Assembly (NCBI GenBank): GCA_030591685.1
Contig: JAUVAX010000023.1
Coordinates: 1 to 37,587, forward strand
Length of the DNA: 37,587 nt
Source: Pseudobdellovibrionaceae bacterium
GTDB lineage: Bacteria; Bdellovibrionota; Bdellovibrionia; Bdellovibrionales; UBA1609
Direction of reading: 5' to 3'
Positions within the stretch are counted from its first letter, which is position 1. Each line of letters opens with the position of its first letter. A program made the position numbers and the translations under genes. The notes under the pieces are model-generated. The model was not told where the DNA came from. It made no database searches and saw nothing but the letters and a program-made list of their open reading frames with translations. This document shows, in pieces, positions 1 to 8,682 of this stretch.

Positions 1-525
1 CACACAAATATAAGCGCACTTGCCGCACCCAACACATTGAGTTAAATCAATCTGCGGGACCCCTTCCTTGTCTTTTGAAAGGGCGTTCACTCCGGCGGGG
101 CAGCTTTTAAAGCAGTAGTCACAGCGTTGGCCCTGAGTGATGAGGCAGTGCTCTTTTTTAACATGTGCAGTGGCAAATTTTAGCCGCTCAGGGCCCTCTG
201 AGAGTTTGAGCGCCTGGGGCTCGCAGGCCGTTATACACGGCATGTCTTCGCAGTACTCACAGGGCTTGTGATAAGGGTCAATAAAGGGAGTTTTAATGTT
301 TATACCAGCAGAGACAGCGTCGACCAGGTGAATTGCCTCATGGGGGCAGGCTGTTTTGCAATCTCCACAACGCGTACAGGAGATTAAAAACTGATCCTCA
401 GGGATGGCCCCCGGGGGTCGAATGAAGTGTCGTTTAAACTTCATCTTTAGGCCCACTTTAGCCGCATCTATGGCTACTTTTTTGCCTTTTTTAAGCCCAA
501 GTTTAAAAAAATTTCTACGGTCCAA
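1..525 (-). CDS. NapG/MauM-family 4Fe-4S polyferredoxin, 3' end cut by window edge (missing from the ORF track)
   Basis: Manual translation from TTG at 525 (AGGAG SD 5 nt upstream): MDRRNFFKLG...FIRPPGA...CTRCGDCKTACP...CEYCEDMPCITACE...C..CDYCFKSCP...CVGCGKCAYICV. RPPGA plus four Fe-S motifs; open to position 1. Confidence 0.88.
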   Translation of the reverse strand, partial: MDRRNFFKLGLKKGKKVAIDAAKVGLKMKFKRHFIRPPGAIPEDQFLISCTRCGDCKTACPHEAIHLVDAVSAGINIKTPFIDPYHKPCEYCEDMPCITACEPQALKLSEGPERLKFATAHVKKEHCLITQGQRCDYCFKSCPAGVNALSKDKEGVPQIDLTQCVGCGKCAYICV

Positions 526-533
526 AAGAACTC

Positions 534-2156
534 CTAGTAACTGCTGCGCATAACCATGGGTTGAATTACAAACCAAAGGCTAAGCATTCCAATTAAAAAT
601 AATAACACGTAGTGAGTGGTAAATAAAATACGTGTCTGCCCAAGGGTTCCATTAATGTTTTGTATCACCGCGCCCGTGCGCTCTTTAAGTACCTTAACTG
701 AATAGTAAAACCCAAGAGAGATCATAAAAAGCTGAATCCATCTCACTGCAGAGTGGGCTAAAAGGGGGGCTGGCTCAAAGCCCTTAAGTCCAAAAAGGTC
801 CCAGCCGTATCCAAAGGGGTCATTAATGAGGGGGACAAGGTTCGAACCCTCGCCTAAAAAATGCATGGTGTTGTGCCCCACATGGTAGCCAAGAATTAAG
901 GGTATAAAGGCATAAATAAGTTTAGCGCTAATATTTGGTGATTTTAACCGACCATCAACAAAGGCGCAAAACCCTTTATAGAGCGCAAAGGCAAGAGTTA
1001 AAATTAAAATCATAAGTAATGTAAAGGCCGAGAAGTAATTTAAACCCATATAACCCTCTAAAAAGCCGGTCCATTTAAACCAGAGAGGGATCATGGTTAT
1101 CCCATGAAAGTAAGTGAGCACAACGATAACAAAAGCCATCAAGGTCTCATCTTTTCTAAAGCGATTGACCTGTGCTAACCCCGTAGCAGGAGGGCGTAAC
1201 TTTAGAGTTAGGTTATTAGAGTTACAAGAGCGCACACACTCGGTGCAAAGAGTGCAATAGGTGTCCTCTTTTAACTTAAAGGGCACAAGGCTCGTCGGGC
1301 AGGGTGTCGAGTACGGTCCCCCTGTAACACACTCCTTTGTGGTACAAGAATTACAAACATCATCACTTTTTGTTCTTAACTCGAGGGGCGAAAACTGGGC
1401 ATAGACCCCGCTAATGCTCCCCACCGGGCAAACATAGCGACAAAAGGCTCTTTTTTTAAAAACAAGGGCAAAAACAATAGTACTGCCCACAACAAAAAGC
1501 CCCAGTAGGGCCGTTAAGTAAGAGTTATAAGCCACCTCGGCGCCTAACTCTAACCAAGTTAGGACTATAAATAAAACGATGGCAGGGTAAATATTCGAAA
1601 GCGCTCGGGGCCATTTAATATTTAAACTCTGTACTTTGCCCTGAATTCGATGAACCCAACCAAACTGAAAGAGATTTGCAAAAAAGTCCCACGGGCAAGC
1701 AGCACAAAAAAACTTTCCGCCAAAGGCGACAAAAAACACAAGCAGTGTCCACCAAAAAAGCCATGTAAAGGGGGCGGCAAAGTTTGCGCGCGTTCGTCCA
1801 AAAAGACCTGTAGCAATGACTAAAATAAATAACAAGGCAGGGATAACCCTAATAGCAAATGAAAAATAGCGTGACTTTATAGCGCGCTCAACCCCAATAA
1901 TATTAAATAGGTCATATCTTTTTGAGCTTTTAGCGCTCGCCCTTTTTCGAACAAAAAGACCGGCTAAAACAAAAAACACAAGAACTAACGAAAGTCCGAG
2001 GTAATCATTAACCCCTAAACTATGACTCATTATATGCCCTTGATGGGTTTCGGCGCTACTTTGATGGTTCATTTCACTATGGTCGTGGGGGGCTTCGTCG
2101 ATGCTTTGATGGTTCATTTCACTATGGTCGTGGGGGGGGGCGGTATTGTTTTTCAA
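534..2156 (-). CDS. Multi-pass membrane 4Fe-4S polyferredoxin (NapH/FixG/YccM-like) with His/Met-rich N-terminus
   Basis: Two CxxxCP motifs (FCAACPW, FCRYVCPVG), CNSC...C...CP and CTLCTECVRSC, about 10 or more hydrophobic helices; TTG start overlaps upstream stop (TTGA). Confidence 0.8.
   Translation of the reverse strand: MKNNTAPPHDHSEMNHQSIDEAPHDHSEMNHQSSAETHQGHIMSHSLGVNDYLGLSLVLVFFVLAGLFVRKRASAKSSKRYDLFNIIGVERAIKSRYFSFAIRVIPALLFILVIATGLFGRTRANFAAPFTWLFWWTLLVFFVAFGGKFFCAACPWDFFANLFQFGWVHRIQGKVQSLNIKWPRALSNIYPAIVLFIVLTWLELGAEVAYNSYLTALLGLFVVGSTIVFALVFKKRAFCRYVCPVGSISGVYAQFSPLELRTKSDDVCNSCTTKECVTGGPYSTPCPTSLVPFKLKEDTYCTLCTECVRSCNSNNLTLKLRPPATGLAQVNRFRKDETLMAFVIVVLTYFHGITMIPLWFKWTGFLEGYMGLNYFSAFTLLMILILTLAFALYKGFCAFVDGRLKSPNISAKLIYAFIPLILGYHVGHNTMHFLGEGSNLVPLINDPFGYGWDLFGLKGFEPAPLLAHSAVRWIQLFMISLGFYYSVKVLKERTGAVIQNINGTLGQTRILFTTHYVLLFLIGMLSLWFVIQPMVMRSSY
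2059..2137. repeat. 34-bp exact direct repeat, 45-bp period, encoding PHDHSEMNHQS twice
   Basis: ctttgatggttcatttcactatggtcgtgggggg at 2059-2092 and 2104-2137. Confidence 0.95.
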
Positions 2157-2737
2157 CTGGGGACCCCTTTATTTTTATCACTAACATCATTGCGACCCGT
2201 AATGAGCTTTAGTGCGATCACAAACAAGAAAAACAAAGCAATAACAATGTAGAGGCCAAACTTTTGAAAAAACGTTTTTGTAATTTGAAAGGGGATCGTT
2301 ATCTCTACAGATTTTCCATTAGGGTCTTTAAAGCTTGCGGTGAGCACAAGGTCATCTTGTTTTGATATTTCTTTTTGAATGACAAAAATGTTTTCTTGCT
2401 CAGGCGGGGCCAACTCAGTGGCATGAACTAAACTATTGTGCGAAAAGATTTTAAAGCTCGCTGGGTTTTTATAAACTTTATCAGCCTTTATGTCGTAGAT
2501 ATAAAGGTATATGCGAACACTATCAGGGGCCTCGACTTGCTCTAAATTTAGGCCTTGAAAATTATAAACGGTGACATAGACCTCGTAATCGGGAGTTTCT
2601 TTTATAAATTCTAAATAAGGGATCTGAGGGTAGTTTTCAAAATAACTAAAATGGGGGAGCCCTTTATAGTGGTGCGAAAAAACAAGTAGGGGGAATAAAA
2701 AAAATATCGTGCCACAGGCCCAATTAAAGAGTTTCAT
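2153..2737 (-). CDS. Hypothetical exported protein with signal peptide and C-terminal membrane anchor (nap-like operon member)
   Basis: Hydrophobic leader ending VFS|HHYKG, C-terminal TM (LYIVIALFFLFVIALKLI), GAGG SD, overlaps both neighbours. Confidence 0.75.
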   Translation of the reverse strand: MKLFNWACGTIFFLFPLLVFSHHYKGLPHFSYFENYPQIPYLEFIKETPDYEVYVTVYNFQGLNLEQVEAPDSVRIYLYIYDIKADKVYKNPASFKIFSHNSLVHATELAPPEQENIFVIQKEISKQDDLVLTASFKDPNGKSVEITIPFQITKTFFQKFGLYIVIALFFLFVIALKLITGRNDVSDKNKGVPS

Positions 2738-3710
2738 GTTCGACCTCCTGATTAGAGTTTAATTTTAGATTAAGTTTTTGATAAATAGGGTTAAGCCCCA
2801 GGTTAATGTGCCCTTTTGGGCAGTTGTCTACACACTTCATGCAAAGATGGCACGAATAGAGCTGACCTTCTTTAGGGAACAAATCCAGAGGGCACACTGT
2901 CTTACACATAGTGCACCGGCTGGGGCAGGCTTTTTTATCAGCCTTTAGTGTGAAGAGGCTAAATTTACCAATATATGAGAGCAAAAACCCTGTGGGGCAA
3001 ACGGATTTGCAGTACTCATCGGGCACAAGCCCTATATCAAGCACCAAAAGGGCTATTAAAAAATAAATCCCAATTGTAAAATTTGAAAATACAATGATAG
3101 AAAATATCTCTTGAGTAAAAGCAATGTAGGGTAAGATAAAATGCCAAACCCAAGCCCCAAAAAATTGAGTGACAATAAGCCCGCCCCAAAAAACAATCAC
3201 TCGCGTTGTGGGCTCAAGTTTAACAGTCATAAGAGGGATTTTCATTTTCAAAAGATAGTGTCTAATTTTACCTGTGATCGCGTACAACACAGTCATCGGG
3301 CAGAGCCAGGCGCAAAACACTCGGCCAAATAAAAAGGCGATTAAAAAGGGCACTAAACCCCCTAAAAAATACTTTACAGGAAAGCTAAAAGAATTGAGCA
3401 AACTAGATATTAAACCTAGGGGGTCTGACATAGGTACGCCGAGCACAGTAAAAGCCCATAGGGAGCCGTTATTAGAGGTGGCGGCTGTAACCGGGTCCTC
3501 CCACGGAGAATAAAGTATATCAAGCCCCGCATAGAGCTTGCCCGCAGCAGGACCGCTGGCTAGCGAAACAACGTGCGAGTGGTTGTGTGCAATTTTATTG
3601 TTAGCATACCAATTACTGACAGGGATAAAAATAAAAAACAAAACAACACTTATAAGAAAAAAATATCTTATATACTGGTACTTTGATTTTTTAAGCCGTC
3701 TTTTTTTCAT
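2724..3710 (-). CDS. napH: NapH-like membrane ferredoxin-type quinol dehydrogenase subunit
   Basis: GRVFCAWLCP, YCKSVCPTG, CPSRCTMCKTVCP, CHLCMKCVDNCP. Start moved to ATG 3710 (MKKRRLKK, GAAGGA SD) because the 3791 start overlaps the upstream gene. Confidence 0.75.
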   Translation of the reverse strand: MKKRRLKKSKYQYIRYFFLISVVLFFIFIPVSNWYANNKIAHNHSHVVSLASGPAAGKLYAGLDILYSPWEDPVTAATSNNGSLWAFTVLGVPMSDPLGLISSLLNSFSFPVKYFLGGLVPFLIAFLFGRVFCAWLCPMTVLYAITGKIRHYLLKMKIPLMTVKLEPTTRVIVFWGGLIVTQFFGAWVWHFILPYIAFTQEIFSIIVFSNFTIGIYFLIALLVLDIGLVPDEYCKSVCPTGFLLSYIGKFSLFTLKADKKACPSRCTMCKTVCPLDLFPKEGQLYSCHLCMKCVDNCPKGHINLGLNPIYQKLNLKLNSNQEVEHETL

Positions 3711-3718
3711 GAGTCCTT

Positions 3719-4291
3719 CTAAACGGGTTTTACTCTTATGGCCTGGGGCATATGTATACAGGCCTGTTCGCAAAGGCCGCAGCCCACACAAAAATCAGGG
3801 TGTACAGTGGGCTGTTCGTAGAGGCCCACAGTTAAAGCCTTTCCTGGAAAGGGGCAAGCGCGGTAGCAAACGCCACACGTTCTGCCGTGGTACGAAAAAC
3901 AAAGATCTTTATCTACAGAGGCCGTCCCCATTTTTATTTCTTTATTGATGACCTCCATATCTCGAGAAGTTTCAGTGAGGGCCCCAGTGGGGCACACCTC
4001 TGTGCAGCGCATGCATAAGGTACACGCTTTGCTGCGAGCTACAATTGTGGGGGTGTGTACATTTTCAAAACCGTGTTCAAAACCGGCCATCTCGATGCAG
4101 TCATTAGGGCAGGCAGTAGCGCATTTAAAACACCCAATGCATTGTTCTTTAAATTGGCTTTCTTTAAGAGCCCCGGGGGGGCGCAAAAATCGTTTTCTTT
4201 TTCTAAGGTTTCTTTTTGCCGAAATATAAAAAATCGGCAAAAAGAGAACAACAGCACTTAATAGTGCTAAAAGAAAGCGCCTTCTGTTCAT
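3719..4291 (-). CDS. napG: NapG/MauM-family 4x[4Fe-4S] ferredoxin
   Basis: NRRRFL twin-arginine-like leader, LRPPGA, four CxxCxxCxxxCP-type motifs. Confidence 0.8.
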   Translation of the reverse strand: MNRRRFLLALLSAVVLFLPIFYISAKRNLRKRKRFLRPPGALKESQFKEQCIGCFKCATACPNDCIEMAGFEHGFENVHTPTIVARSKACTLCMRCTEVCPTGALTETSRDMEVINKEIKMGTASVDKDLCFSYHGRTCGVCYRACPFPGKALTVGLYEQPTVHPDFCVGCGLCEQACIHMPQAIRVKPV

Positions 4292-4992
4292 TACTCACGA
4301 CTTCTCAAGTAAGAAACAATGTTGTTAATTTCTTTAAGGCTTATGTTGGCCATGCCTCGGTTGTGACCAAACCCTCTCATCGCTGTGCCGGCTCGACCTA
4401 CTTCAATAGTTTTTTTAATGTAGTCATCAGAGGCGACTTTTAAAAATCCAGAAAGTCCAATCCCCGGCCCTGAGCCGCCTTCAGCATAACCCGATCCAGT
4501 AGGTCCGTGGCAAGAGGAGCAGTAGGTTTTAAAAGAGGCTTCGCCAGCCTTTGGGTCGCCGCTAATTTTTTTGTTCCAATCGACTTTGTAGTCTCTGAAA
4601 GTAGCGTAGTTATTTTGCCATGACCGAATGTAAGCAACAACGTCGTCGACCTTATTGGCCACATTAGGCATCACTTTGTAGCCCATCATTGAGGTCCCTG
4701 GTCGGCCCTCCAAAATGGTCCTTTTAATAAAGTTGTCATTAGCGAGCCCTAAAAAATCGGGGCTATTTAGTCGCGGGCCGAGGCCGGCCCGGCCGACTCC
4801 GTCAGCTTGGTGACAGGCCGCACACATTTGATTAAAAACGGTTTTGCCGCTTTCAACCTGTGCGGGGTCTAATTTTACCGTGGTTGCGCTTGGCAAAGGG
4901 AGTGCCTCTTGGCGCTCTTTGCTTTTAGTACAACCAACAAGTCCAAGAGCGATGATTATAAAAAATATTTGTTTCATTGTTGTGATCCCCAT
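4291..4992 (-). CDS. Dihaem class I c-type cytochrome lipoprotein (c4/CcoP-like tandem domains)
   Basis: Lipobox LVGC; CAACH and CSSCH, each followed by a GR.GT.M motif giving a likely distal Met; start may be ATG 4977. Confidence 0.85.
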   Translation of the reverse strand: MGITTMKQIFFIIIALGLVGCTKSKERQEALPLPSATTVKLDPAQVESGKTVFNQMCAACHQADGVGRAGLGPRLNSPDFLGLANDNFIKRTILEGRPGTSMMGYKVMPNVANKVDDVVAYIRSWQNNYATFRDYKVDWNKKISGDPKAGEASFKTYCSSCHGPTGSGYAEGGSGPGIGLSGFLKVASDDYIKKTIEVGRAGTAMRGFGHNRGMANISLKEINNIVSYLRSRE

Positions 4993-7701
4993 TTATGATA
5001 GTTTTTCAATACGTGCTGCTAATTTTTTAAAATCCACCTGTCCCGAAACCGGGTCAAAGGCCCGACTTGAAACAGCGTTGACTAACCATTTGTTTTTCTT
5101 CGGGTCAGCAGAGTCGGCAACAGATAAGTTCCAGGGGCTAAACATATAACCCTTAGGGACTGTGTTTCTTGCCGGCTTAACTACTGAGTCTAAGCCAATA
5201 GAGACTCGCGCTTGGTACTCCCCACGCCTGGTAATGAGCTTAACCCACTCGCCATCTTTTACGCCCAATTCTTTTGCGTCTTCGGGGTGCATTTCAACGT
5301 ACTGCTCAGGCACAAGTTTACGTGTTGTACCTGATCTAATTGTTTTTGCTGTATGAAAATGCTCATAAACAACACCGAGGCCTAACCAGAAGGGGTACTT
5401 GTCTTTTGGTATCTTATTCCATTTCTTGCCTCGATGTTCGAAGTCAGGCAAGTCAGGGGTGAGGGCCATATCTCTGGCCTTGACCAATAAATCTAAATTA
5501 TCTATGGCAAAAAAGTCTTTTTCTTGACCAAGCTTCATGAGTTCTTTAGTGATCTCTTTTCTCTGAGAGTAATCTTGATCACAAAAATGCATATGTAGCT
5601 TGCCGTCTTTATGTCTAAATGATCCGTAAGGTTTTTTTGACCACTTGCCCTCTTGGCCCATGTAGCGTCTTTTTGTTCCGCCAGCCATTGCAATTTCAGC
5701 TGTTGGGGCCGGCCACTGGATGCCTCTTAAATCTCTAAGCTGATCATAAAGGCCCTTGCCGGTCTTTTTTTCAACCTCTAGCATGCCGGTAATATCTGAA
5801 TCCGTCCCCTTAGAGGCTTTTACAAAATCTCTAAAGACTTCTTCGGGATCGTAAAATCCGTTTTTCTTTCTCTTATAAGGGAATATTTTATCAGGGTTTA
5901 GCCCGAGCTTTTTAGCAATAAGCTTACCCTTGTCGATAACCATGTCCATGTCTGGTCGGGTGCCCTTAATGGGGTTTCCGGTGCCGTCACATACATAAAG
6001 TCGTCGCTCGGATTGTATATAGACCCCTCCGACCCATTCGCCCCAAGTTGCTGCTGGTAAAATAACATCAGCATAAAGGTTGTTAGGGGCGTGTTTGTAA
6101 ATTTCTTGAACAACAGTAAAAGTTTTAGCAAGAGCGGGTCGGACTAAGTTATGGCTGTCTGGTAAGTCTATATGCGTGGCATAGATTAAGAACATGGCGT
6201 TCACTTCGCCTTTAATCGCTCGCTCCATCATACCAATGGCCATCCCGGGGTTTTCTTGTGTGGCAACTTTTGCTAAATTTTTTCGAGGTATTCCCCAAGC
6301 GTCGGCCATCTTGTTTCGGTGAGCTGTGTTTTTTATGCCGATATTAAACGGGAGTCGACCAGTGAGGCCCCCTGTTAGGCGCTCGCCCATAGCGTTGGGT
6401 TGACCTGTTTGTGAATGACCACCACAGCCAGGGCGCCCTATGTTTCCGGTAAGGGCCATAAGGTTAACTAAGCTGACAGTATTGTTTTGCCCATGGAGAT
6501 GTTGGTTGTACCCAATGCCCCAAATAGACAACACGCCGCCCTTACCCTTTTTTCGCCCTTTAACAGAGGCTTCAGCCCAGATCTTAGCAATTTTATAGAT
6601 CTCTTTTGCAGGGACCATTGTCATGTCTTCGACTTTTTTGGGGTTAAATTTAGCTTTCACTTTTGCAATGTAATTTTCCCATCCATCGACATTCTTTTTT
6701 AAGAATTTGTAGTCTACAGCCTCAGGGTGCTTTTCTAAAATGGCATAGGCTATGGCGTTTTGGATAGAGATATCACCGTTGATTGTTTGAAAGTGATAAG
6801 AGTTTTTTGGGTTTATTTCCTCAAGACCCTGAACCGTTCCTGTTCGTCTTGGGTCAACAACTAATGTAGGTATGTTTTTCATTTTTTTATGATCGGCGGC
6901 TCGCCAAAACAAAATGGGGTGGGCCCCTCGGGGGTTGTGCCCCCAAAATATGATCATGTCAGACTCTTCAACGTCATCATAGCAAGTGGCGGGGGTATCT
7001 GACCCGAAGGTTTTAAAATAACCAGTCACTGCAGAAGTCATACACATGCGGGCATTGGCCTCAATAGTGTTTGAGCCCATGATCCCTTTCATAAAAATGT
7101 TCTCTAGGTACTGCCCCTCTAGTGTAAGCTGGCCAGAGCCGTAAAGACCAATAGAGTTTCCTCCGGTTTTTTTAATGATTTTTACTATATGGTCGGCAAC
7201 AAGCTCTTCGGCTTCGTCCCATGTGGCTTCTCTAAAATCACTGAGTTTAAATGAGCCTTTGGTTTTAGACACGTGCCCTTTAAGGGGGTCTGACATGTCC
7301 TTTCTAATAAGGGGTTTTGTTAAGCGATCCACATAGATGGCCTCAGAAGAGGCAAGGCCCTTAATACACTGAAGGCCCTTGTTTGTCGGGTGATCCTTGT
7401 CAGGTATAACGCCAACAATTTTACCCTTTTTTACTTGTAGTATTGTTCCACACCCAACTCCACAATAGGGGCAGGCGGCTAATAGATTGTTTTTAGACTC
7501 TTTATTAGTGAGCTCATACTCCTCTTGCTTTGTGGAAATGGTGCCGTGAGCTTTATTAGAAGTTAGCGCGCCGAGGGCTGTTGCCGCGACACTCGCTCCG
7601 GCAGATGTTTTAAGAAAATTTCGTCGCCCAAAGCTTGTAGGGGTATGATCTTCTGGTATTCTCTCCATGATTTCGTCTTGTTTTTCACTTTTGTTTTTCA
7701 T
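4993..7701 (-). CDS. napA: NapA-family periplasmic Mo-bis-PGD oxidoreductase (probable nitrate reductase catalytic subunit)
   Basis: Tat motif GRRNFLK; CPYCGVGC...CIKG Fe-S site; GSGQ; NARMCMTSAV Cys Mo-ligand loop; GQPNAMG; C-terminal HFHT and DPVSGQVDFK. Start at ATG 7701 behind GGGGAG (ORF track extends to 7749). Confidence 0.8.
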   Translation of the reverse strand: MKNKSEKQDEIMERIPEDHTPTSFGRRNFLKTSAGASVAATALGALTSNKAHGTISTKQEEYELTNKESKNNLLAACPYCGVGCGTILQVKKGKIVGVIPDKDHPTNKGLQCIKGLASSEAIYVDRLTKPLIRKDMSDPLKGHVSKTKGSFKLSDFREATWDEAEELVADHIVKIIKKTGGNSIGLYGSGQLTLEGQYLENIFMKGIMGSNTIEANARMCMTSAVTGYFKTFGSDTPATCYDDVEESDMIIFWGHNPRGAHPILFWRAADHKKMKNIPTLVVDPRRTGTVQGLEEINPKNSYHFQTINGDISIQNAIAYAILEKHPEAVDYKFLKKNVDGWENYIAKVKAKFNPKKVEDMTMVPAKEIYKIAKIWAEASVKGRKKGKGGVLSIWGIGYNQHLHGQNNTVSLVNLMALTGNIGRPGCGGHSQTGQPNAMGERLTGGLTGRLPFNIGIKNTAHRNKMADAWGIPRKNLAKVATQENPGMAIGMMERAIKGEVNAMFLIYATHIDLPDSHNLVRPALAKTFTVVQEIYKHAPNNLYADVILPAATWGEWVGGVYIQSERRLYVCDGTGNPIKGTRPDMDMVIDKGKLIAKKLGLNPDKIFPYKRKKNGFYDPEEVFRDFVKASKGTDSDITGMLEVEKKTGKGLYDQLRDLRGIQWPAPTAEIAMAGGTKRRYMGQEGKWSKKPYGSFRHKDGKLHMHFCDQDYSQRKEITKELMKLGQEKDFFAIDNLDLLVKARDMALTPDLPDFEHRGKKWNKIPKDKYPFWLGLGVVYEHFHTAKTIRSGTTRKLVPEQYVEMHPEDAKELGVKDGEWVKLITRRGEYQARVSIGLDSVVKPARNTVPKGYMFSPWNLSVADSADPKKNKWLVNAVSSRAFDPVSGQVDFKKLAARIEKLS

Positions 7702-8001
7702 TAAGGCGTCTCCCCTGTGCGAACGTTCTTGAGCCGTTGCCGTTATCATCCTGTATATACTATCTATTGGTATGATACCCGGCGGTCAAGGGTAAGAAAA
7801 GTGGAATTTAACTTGGCCTCAAGCGGAGCAGTTTTTAAAAACAAACCGGCTCGGCATTTAGGAAAAATATTCACAATATTTAACAAAAAAAGATTAATAC
7901 TGACTCAAAAACCAACAAATACTGGGTCAAAGTTACCCTGAAATAGATATATGGTAATTCTTTGAGTGAAAACACAGTGGGGGGTATTATTTTTTTTGTT
8001 T

Positions 8002-8048
8002 AAAAAAATGAAGCGGCGCTTCAATCATTTTACAAATTGAAGCTCCGC
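8002..8048 (-). terminator. Intrinsic terminator after the 8102-8569 gene, insulating the nap-like promoter region
   Basis: 13-bp stem gcggcgcttcaat/attgaagctccgc (one mismatch), followed on the minus strand by TTCATTTTTTT. Confidence 0.6.
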
Positions 8049-8101
8049 CATAACCCCAGTCTTCAAAAAAGTGGGGCCGCCTGTGTTTGCATTCACTGAG
8101 A

Positions 8102-8569
8102 TCAACGCTTTCCTAAAGTAATGCTCTTATGAAACATTGAGTTGGAGCTCTTTGAGTATGTAAAGGATTCCGTTCCAATTTTTACAAGACCCACTTCTCT
8201 TTGAAGGTCAAAATCGTATTGACCGGCAAACTGTATTGGGCTCACTTTGAAACGCATAAACTTCTCTAGGCCCATATAATCAGTTTGTGAAACATCTGGC
8301 TCCATCACCATCCCCAGCACAAGTTTATTTTTATCTAAACTAGGTTCATCAAATATTTTCATAAATGATTTGCTGTAGAAAATAGTTCGACCGGTGTCTC
8401 TTGATCTAATCTTAACATCGATGTACTTATAGGAATGATCTCCTGTTGTGTTTTTTTGTGTAATGCAAAGATCAACATTTCGTTCATTCAGTTGATAGCA
8501 GTTTTCGCTGCCCCACACAGTAGCAGAGCTAAGCGTAAGTAATGAAATCATTACGAGTGAGTTTTTCAT
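8102..8569 (-). CDS. Hypothetical secreted protein
   Basis: GGAGG SD, Sec signal (MKNSLVMISLLTLSSATVWG), Cys pair near mature N-terminus; no family recognised. Confidence 0.7.
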   Translation of the reverse strand: MKNSLVMISLLTLSSATVWGSENCYQLNERNVDLCITQKNTTGDHSYKYIDVKIRSRDTGRTIFYSKSFMKIFDEPSLDKNKLVLGMVMEPDVSQTDYMGLEKFMRFKVSPIQFAGQYDFDLQREVGLVKIGTESFTYSKSSNSMFHKSITLGKR

Positions 8570-8682
8570 CTTTTCCTCCGTCTGTTTTGTTCTTACAAGG
8601 AAGGCAACTAACGTACTTCCTTCTTACCTTTACTTTATCGATTAAATAGGCGAAAATCTAAATAGACCATGGGGGTTGAATT

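Noticed and set aside
2059..2137. 34-bp direct repeat as a mini-CRISPR
   Set aside because: Only two copies, 11-bp spacer, in frame within a CDS, no cas genes.
3711..3791. N-terminal extension of the NapH-like ORF
   Set aside because: Overlaps the NapG-like gene; a good SD precedes ATG 3710.
4993..7701. Formate dehydrogenase, arsenite oxidase or selenoprotein assignment
   Set aside because: Ligand loop is C-M (not C/U-H), there is no in-frame TGA and no Rieske partner; four-Cys N-terminal cluster fits Nap/Nas.
7702..7800. FNR/Crp box upstream of the napA-like gene
   Set aside because: ATGAT...GTCAA half-sites are 8 nt apart, not 4.
7717..7941. 74-aa plus-strand ORF; likewise 15136-15330 and 19547-19750
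   Set aside because: No SD or family features; lie in AT-rich intergenic DNA or overlap real genes.
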